A DNA stretch of 64,000 nucleotides. It comes from Azolla caroliniana. Its lineage: Eukaryota; Plantae; Polypodiophyta. Of this stretch, positions 58,260-64,000 are shown piece after piece (positions within the stretch are counted from its first letter, which is position 1; each line of letters opens with the position of its first letter). The DNA lies in NCBI GenBank assembly GCA_043228905.1, contig JBHGNT010000005.1, positions 496,001-560,000 of the forward strand, in the 5' to 3' direction. The notes under the pieces were generated by a model that saw only the letters and a list, made by a program, of their open reading frames with translations, was not told where the DNA came from and ran no database searches. Made by a program: the position numbers and the translations under genes.

Positions 58260-58930
58260 GAAACTTGGTTGGGCGCTTATTGGAAATGGTTATGGGCCAT
58301 ATAAATTCCTAAGAAAGTTGTATTGTTTAGATGGTTGTTGATACGTTATGGAATCCCTATGAAGTCATGGATGTGGGGGCATTGCCATGATTTAAAATAT
58401 GATAGTTGTGGTATTTCCATTGAATCCGTTCAACATTTCTTATGGGTATGTCCTATTGCTAGAGCAGTTTGGAAAAGAACGTTGAGAATTGTGTATCTTG
58501 TTTATGGTAAACATGTGTACACATGGGGTTTTGTGAGATGGGGTAGGTTGGCTGAAGAAATATAGAATTATGAAAATGAGTGTATTGGATGTCTCTTATA
58601 TCACAACAATCTGTTGTTCGGTAGAGGACAATGTTTGGTCTACGATATCTTCTTTAGTAGTTTGGGTATTGTAGAAGGCAAGATGTAAATGTGTATTTCA
58701 GAAAGTCAAACATAATGCGGTTGAGTTAGTAAAGGAGATATGGTTGATGCTTCTGCATACTCTAAGAGGTCAATATGAGGTTGGAACTGGTGAGCCTGAT
58801 GTTGTGCTTCATAAGCAACAACATTTTAGAGAGATGTGGAAAAAGGCACAGGTCTTCACCTCTTTTGGGGAGAGAATAAAGTGGAGATATGCTCCACCAA
58901 GATGGTTTTTTCTACCCCCCATCTTGGAAG
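58260..58930 (+). mobile_element. L1-like LINE C-terminal (zf-RVT) fragment
   Basis: Translates to YWKWLWAI*IPKKVVLFRWLL...SCGISIESVQHFLWVCPIARAVW...LVKEIWLMLLHTLRGQY...WRYAPPRW. Confidence 0.8.
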
Positions 58931-58949
58931 AACCCAGATTTCAAAATCA

Positions 58950-60490
58950 AATGCTCGATGTGATGAAATCTCAAAATGGCGTCTAATAACTTTGCTTAAT
59001 GACATCTATAAAATAGTAGCAAAGACTATAACCAATAGACTGTGCCCAATGCTTCCCTCGATTATCCATGATACACAATCAGGATTCCTTCAAGACAAAA
59101 GCATATTTGACAATATCTTCCTTTTTTGGGAGATGACCACATTGGCTCAACATCACAAACAACCCCTTGCTATACTATTATTAGATTTTGAGAAAGCATA
59201 TGATAAATTAGATTGGGACTTTCTGGAAGCAGTTCTCTTAAGATTAGGGTTTCCATGTGCATGGATAAAAGGTGTGTTTGCATTATATAGACATGCTTCT
59301 AACTCTGTTTTATTTTCTGGAGGCTATGGTACTTTAATTCCAATTTCCAGATTTTTCAAACAAGGTTGTCCGTTAGCACCTTTTCTTTTCATTCTATTTG
59401 GGGAAGCTTTATCATCGTTTCTCAGATCCTCGATGGTGGCCATCCAAGCAATAGCCTTACCTATTGCAAACACGACAGTTCTTGATGCTGAGTTTGCGTA
59501 TGACATTGCTCTTTATATTCATCAAGATGTTATTAATCTTGATTGGGAACATAATGCCTTGCAGACATTTTCAAATGCCACAATTATAATTAATCTATAG
59601 GCCTCTGGGTAAGTGATGAACCACGTCCATCGTGGTATCCAGGCCCTACATTCCGCTAGCTTGATCATGGGGATCCCATTCGTTACGTAGGTTGTATTGT
59701 TGGTATAGATTTATCATCTGAAGTGATGTTATCTCCATTGTTGTTATCAATCAAGCGTAAGCTAGTATATTGGGACTCTCAACACCTATCATTTGCAGGC
59801 TAGGTTGTGATCACAAATTCAGTGTTGTTGGCCTCAATGTGGTTTATTGCATCTGTTTGGTTGTTCTCTAGGTCAACAATCATGAAAGTTCAAAGCCCCA
59901 TACGTAACTTCCTTTGGGGTGGAAAAAATGGGTCTCATGCAGTGGCCGAGCAGTGGCCAAAGTGGCATGGGATGTTTTGATTAGGCCCAAAAACCAAGGA
60001 GGGTTGGCTTTAATAGATCCCTTGATGCAATCTTGAGTTCTCCTGACAAAGTTTGTAGTCAGAAGACTGTTGCCAGGGATAGAGGCCTAGAAGGGTATGT
60101 TGCTTAATCAGCTAATGCAGTTATCTCCCAATACGACAGGAAACTGGTTTCCTTCTTTGAAATGGATGTTCTCGACAGATGCACAAACACTGAGACGAAA
60201 TCTGACATCCAATAGATTTATCTTGGGAATTGTCAGAGCATGGGATGCAATCAAGATTTTCTTACACAAACAAATGCTTGACACGTGGGATGGTTGGATG
60301 AATCAACCACTATTGGCTAATTCTCTCGTCCGGCATTTTGTTCGAAATGTATTGGGCCTTAGGACTCTTCTTGCCTGGGGAAAACTGGACAATGGGACAA
60401 CATCATCAATGAGATCCGGGATACAATTTCAACAGATGCTAGAAGTGGATCGACTTAAGCAGTTACACTCGGTATATGGGGCGAATCACT
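58950..60490 (+). mobile_element. Decayed L1-like LINE RT fragment
   Basis: Translates to KWRLITLLNDIYKIVAK...QSGF...LLLDFEKAYDKLDW...FKQGCPLAPFLF...AEFAYDIAL, followed by IRYVG, IRNFLWGG, KVAWD...GGLALID. Several stops. Confidence 0.88.
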
Positions 60491-60491
60491 G

Positions 60492-61005
60492 CAAATGAAA
60501 CTCTAAACTAAAGTTTGAATGATAGAGTGCATATTTGCCCAACACTCCCAAGAGACCAATTGGGGTGGAACCCTAGAAGCCCTGTGTGTGAAAACCCGAA
60601 ATGCCCTACAAATGAAACTTTAAACCAAAGTTTGAACAATAGAGAGCATATATGCCCAACAATTGCAAAAAACCAAGTGGGGTGAAAACGAGAAGACCTA
60701 CATGTGAAACCCTAAAATCCTTTCAAGTGGGGTTTGAATGATAGAGAGCATATTTGCCCAACACTCGCAAAAAGCCCAATTGGGGTGGGACCCGAGAAGC
60801 CCTATGCGTGAAGACCCTAGAAGCCCTACAAATGAAAACCTAAACCAAAGTTTGAGCAACAGAGAGCATATTGGCCAACAATTCTAGAAGCCCAAGTGGG
60901 CTGAAACCAGCGAAGCTCTCTACATGTGAAAACCCTAAAAGCCCTACAAATCAAACCCTAAACCAAAGTTTGGACTTTGAAGATTGTAGAGAACATATTT
61001 GCCCG
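60492..61005. repeat. ~117-bp degenerate tandem repeat (about 4.5 units) immediately upstream of MAD2
   Basis: Unit CAAATGAAAC.CTAAACCAAAGTTTGAA..ATAGAGAGCATATTTGCCCAACA...CCAA.TGGGGTG.AACC..GAAGCCCTA..TGTGAAAACCC, starting at ~60492, 60609, 60724, 60829 and 60947. A related piece lies at ~58165-58260. Confidence 0.85.
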
Positions 61006-61157
61006 ATAATCAAGTGGATCAAATTTTTAGAAGGAATTTTGAACTTTGAAAAAAAGGTCAGTTTACTGTTAAGGGAAAAGGAGAGAAAGAAGAAGAAGAA
61101 GAAACAAAAGAAGGAGAAAGAAGAAGGCACAGAGGAAACAAGTAAGAAAGAAGAGAG

Positions 61158-63868
61158 ATGACTACCGCTCAGGTTGCTCGCGATGTCATTACTCTCAAAG
61201 GTTCTGCAGACATCGTTACTGAGTTCTTCTGTAAGTTCATATCTATCTATATCTTCTTCTTCTTCTTCTCTCCATCCTTTCTCGTGTTTCAAAGAAAAGA
61301 AAAGAAAAGTCATCTTTCTGCAGAGAATTTCCTTCTTCACCATAGGTTTACTGAAACCCGAAAGACAGTTTAATTTTGTGCATTTTCTGTGTCTCCATGT
61401 TAGTTAGTTTGTTACAGGTGCTAGGGTCTCTAAATGAGATGTCTGAAGAAGCCTTAGCTGTAGTTCTTAACCCTTATTTTTTTGCCTATGACTTCTATTT
61501 GTGTGATGTTATGTAGAAACATATTAATCTTACCTTCCTTTCCTCTCTCTCGTGTGATGCAGGCTATGCGGTTAACAGGTTAGTTTTTTCCTTTTGCAAT
61601 CTCATTTTCATATCTGTATGAAATCCAACTTACATACATACATAGTATGTGCATACATCTATTTATTTGTATTTGTAGGCTTCAATTTATGTGTATGTGT
61701 ATGCGGTTGCAATCATAATTTCTATTTGTATTTACACGTCTATGTATCTGCCATTTTTTGTGTATGTATCTGTCGTTTCTTGGATGTATTTTACCTTGTG
61801 TGCGTCATTTTTTCTGTATACGTATATAATCATTGAATGTATGTTTGTGTTGTAGTAATATGTCTTTATCGGGTATAATTGTGTGTATGTATGCATATGT
61901 ATATATATATATGCTCATATCTATTTGACGCATCTCCAATTGTTGTTTATTGCAGTATCATCTATCAGAGAGGGCTTTATCCTTCAGACCAATTTGGGAA
62001 AGTGAAGAAGTATGGCCTTACACTTCTCATGGCACAAGATGAGAATGTGAAGAAGTTTATAACAGGTGTTACAACCCAACTTTCAGGTACATGATCCTAC
62101 ATAACTAATAGTGTTAGTAGAATATGATATGTGAACTCACCATCATCTGCTACACTTTTCAGCTTGGCTTGAAACTGGGAAGTTGCAGCGGGTTGTCCTG
62201 GTTATCATCGATCAAGCAACCTCTGAAACACTTGAGAGATGGAACTTCGTTATTGAAGCTGACCAAGAGGTTCTTGAAAAAGGGTATGTTCTTCTTCCCA
62301 AACCTCACGTACAACATTAATTAGTTTTTAATGTTGTTTTTTCCAAACCTCATATATAAAATTCTTGTGTTTTGCAATTTTTTTTCAAAATCTCATATAC
62401 AGTATCGATAGATTATTCGAGCCCTCTCTCCAATCTATACTAAAAGCATAAAAAGATTTTCGAGTTCCTTCTCAAACCCTCATATATAGAGTTAATGAGT
62501 TTTCAGGTTCTCAGTCAAACTTCATGTATAGTTTTATAATTCTCTCATGTTCTGGATGCTACTGATAGACAATGAAATGTAGAACATATAAGTATTTGTC
62601 CCAACCTTGCTTATAGAGTCAATGGTTTTCCACTTTCTTCTCAAGCCTTGCATATAGATTGGATTATTGGTATTTATGTTTAGAATGTGAGCATTGTGAT
62701 GAATTGCGAACATTGGAATCTCAAAAAATTAATTGTATAGGACATGAGAATATTTTTCTCTAAACTCGCCTATATAGATAGCAATCATTATTGGTATCTA
62801 TGTGAAATGTTGGACATATGAGTATCTCTCTCTAATGTCACTCATATAATTAATGCTTAAAGCTTCACATGTGGATAGCATTATTTATGTTTAAGTTGTG
62901 GATGAAAGCCTTGTGATGAATTGTTAACTCCTGGATCTCAACTATTTAATTGTACAAGACCCTTCAACCTCAGTCTGACTAATGGTGCATGTACACTCTT
63001 GTAGGCTTAATCTCTTTTTATGGGCCTTTAGGCTGTCTACTACTGGTTACTCTGTCTATAGCTGTAGCATGAATTCTGTCCTACATGTAAGTAAGAGCTT
63101 TATGGACAAAGGATTTAACTGTGAGTGTTATAATATGCATGAAGACTAACTTTAGAGGAAGTATCATAACTAACTTGTTTATATGCGAAGACGCGGCCAG
63201 GCACTAATTCAAATGTTGTTTTGCATAGTGATAAATGTTTTATGGAATGCTTATAAGTTTTTGGCTTGTCAGAATGAACTTTTTTGTCATGTCCAATTTT
63301 TGACATATAAATGAATGTTTTTGGCATGTTCGGGAATGTTTGTCACATTAAAGAAATAACTGTTTTAGGTATGTAGATCATGGTTTTTGACATTAAAGTT
63401 TTGGTTTTGTCATGTTGATGAAATGAGTGAAATATTATTCAGGATGTTTCTCGGTCACCTTAACTGAAGCAGATATTCTTTGTTTGTATACATTTTAATA
63501 TTAGTGTGTCAAAGAGAAAGAGTGATGCAGACATTATGAAGGAGATTCAAGCAATCATGCGGCAGATCACTTCTTGTGTTACATTCCTTCCTTGCTTGAA
63601 CACCACATGTAAGCATCGAAAACCAGAAGGAACGTTTCTCTATGTTCTTGATGAGGAAATTAAACACCAGAAGGAATGTTTCTCTAATTTTCTTGATGAG
63701 GAAATTAAATAATCATGATCTATTTATGTGTTCATTTGTACTGCAGGTATTTTTGATGTGCTAGCATACACGGACAAAGATGCCATGGTTCCAATGACAT
63801 GGGCAGACAGTGATGCGAAGATCATAGAGAACCCACAAGTTGTCAAACTAAGGTCTTTTGATACAAAG
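61158..63868 (+). CDS. MAD2: Mitotic spindle checkpoint protein MAD2 (HORMA domain), 6 exons in window, last exon beyond the window
   Basis: Exons 61158-61230, 61563-61578, 61956-62086, 62163-62283, 63505-63608, 63747-63868. Protein: ITLKGSADIVTEFFCYAVNSIIYQRGLYPSDQFGKVKKYGL...WLETGKLQRVVLVI...LERWNF...KSDADIMKEIQAIMRQITSCVTFLPCL..CIFDVLAYTDKD..VP.TW.DSDAK.I.NPQVVKLRSFDTK. Confidence 0.96.
63623..63709. repeat. ~45-bp tandem duplication in MAD2 intron 5
   Basis: CCAGAAGGAA(C/T)GTTT..CTCTA..TTCTTGATGAGGAAATTAAA occurs twice. Confidence 0.85.
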
Positions 63869-64000
63869 GTATACAAAATCTTTTCTCTATCTATTTTTGT
63901 TTTTTGTATGCATACATGTTAACTCACTTGGCTTGATGTTGATGTCATCATTGGTAACTTTAGAAATCACAGTAGACATTTTTGGATTCTTTTTTAACAA

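Noticed and set aside
60871-61343. Lys/Glu-rich and Phe-rich ORFs around the MAD2 start
   Set aside because: They derive from the tandem repeat and the GAA-rich 5' leader; low complexity only.

Overview
Land-plant nuclear DNA. The long intronless PLS-class PPR gene and TE-filled introns suggest a fern, but that is inference. Genes in order: the last exon of a PTB3-like gene (+); a PLS-E PPR gene (-) whose E2 motif continues in a shifted frame; a 5-exon ABP1 (+) ending in FDEL; a 10-exon RWD-domain gene (RWDD1/GIR2/DFRP2-like, +) with a frameshifting deletion in exon 7; a 3-exon group II WRKY gene (-) with a repetitive N-terminus; and MAD2 (+), which runs off the window end. Intergenic DNA and introns hold decayed RTE/RTEX-like and L1-like LINEs, a deleted Ty1/copia, solo LTRs, hAT-like MITEs, tandem repeats and a 100-N gap. 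Three structures are most unusual: (i) a 5-unit tandem array amplified between two convergent tRNA-derived Pol III heads, (ii) a solo LTR with a 4-bp TSD carrying a tRNA-Lys(CTT)-like A/B-box module, and (iii) an L1 family whose 3' ends abut (CT)n microsatellites. All calls come from manual reading and translation; no database searches were run.
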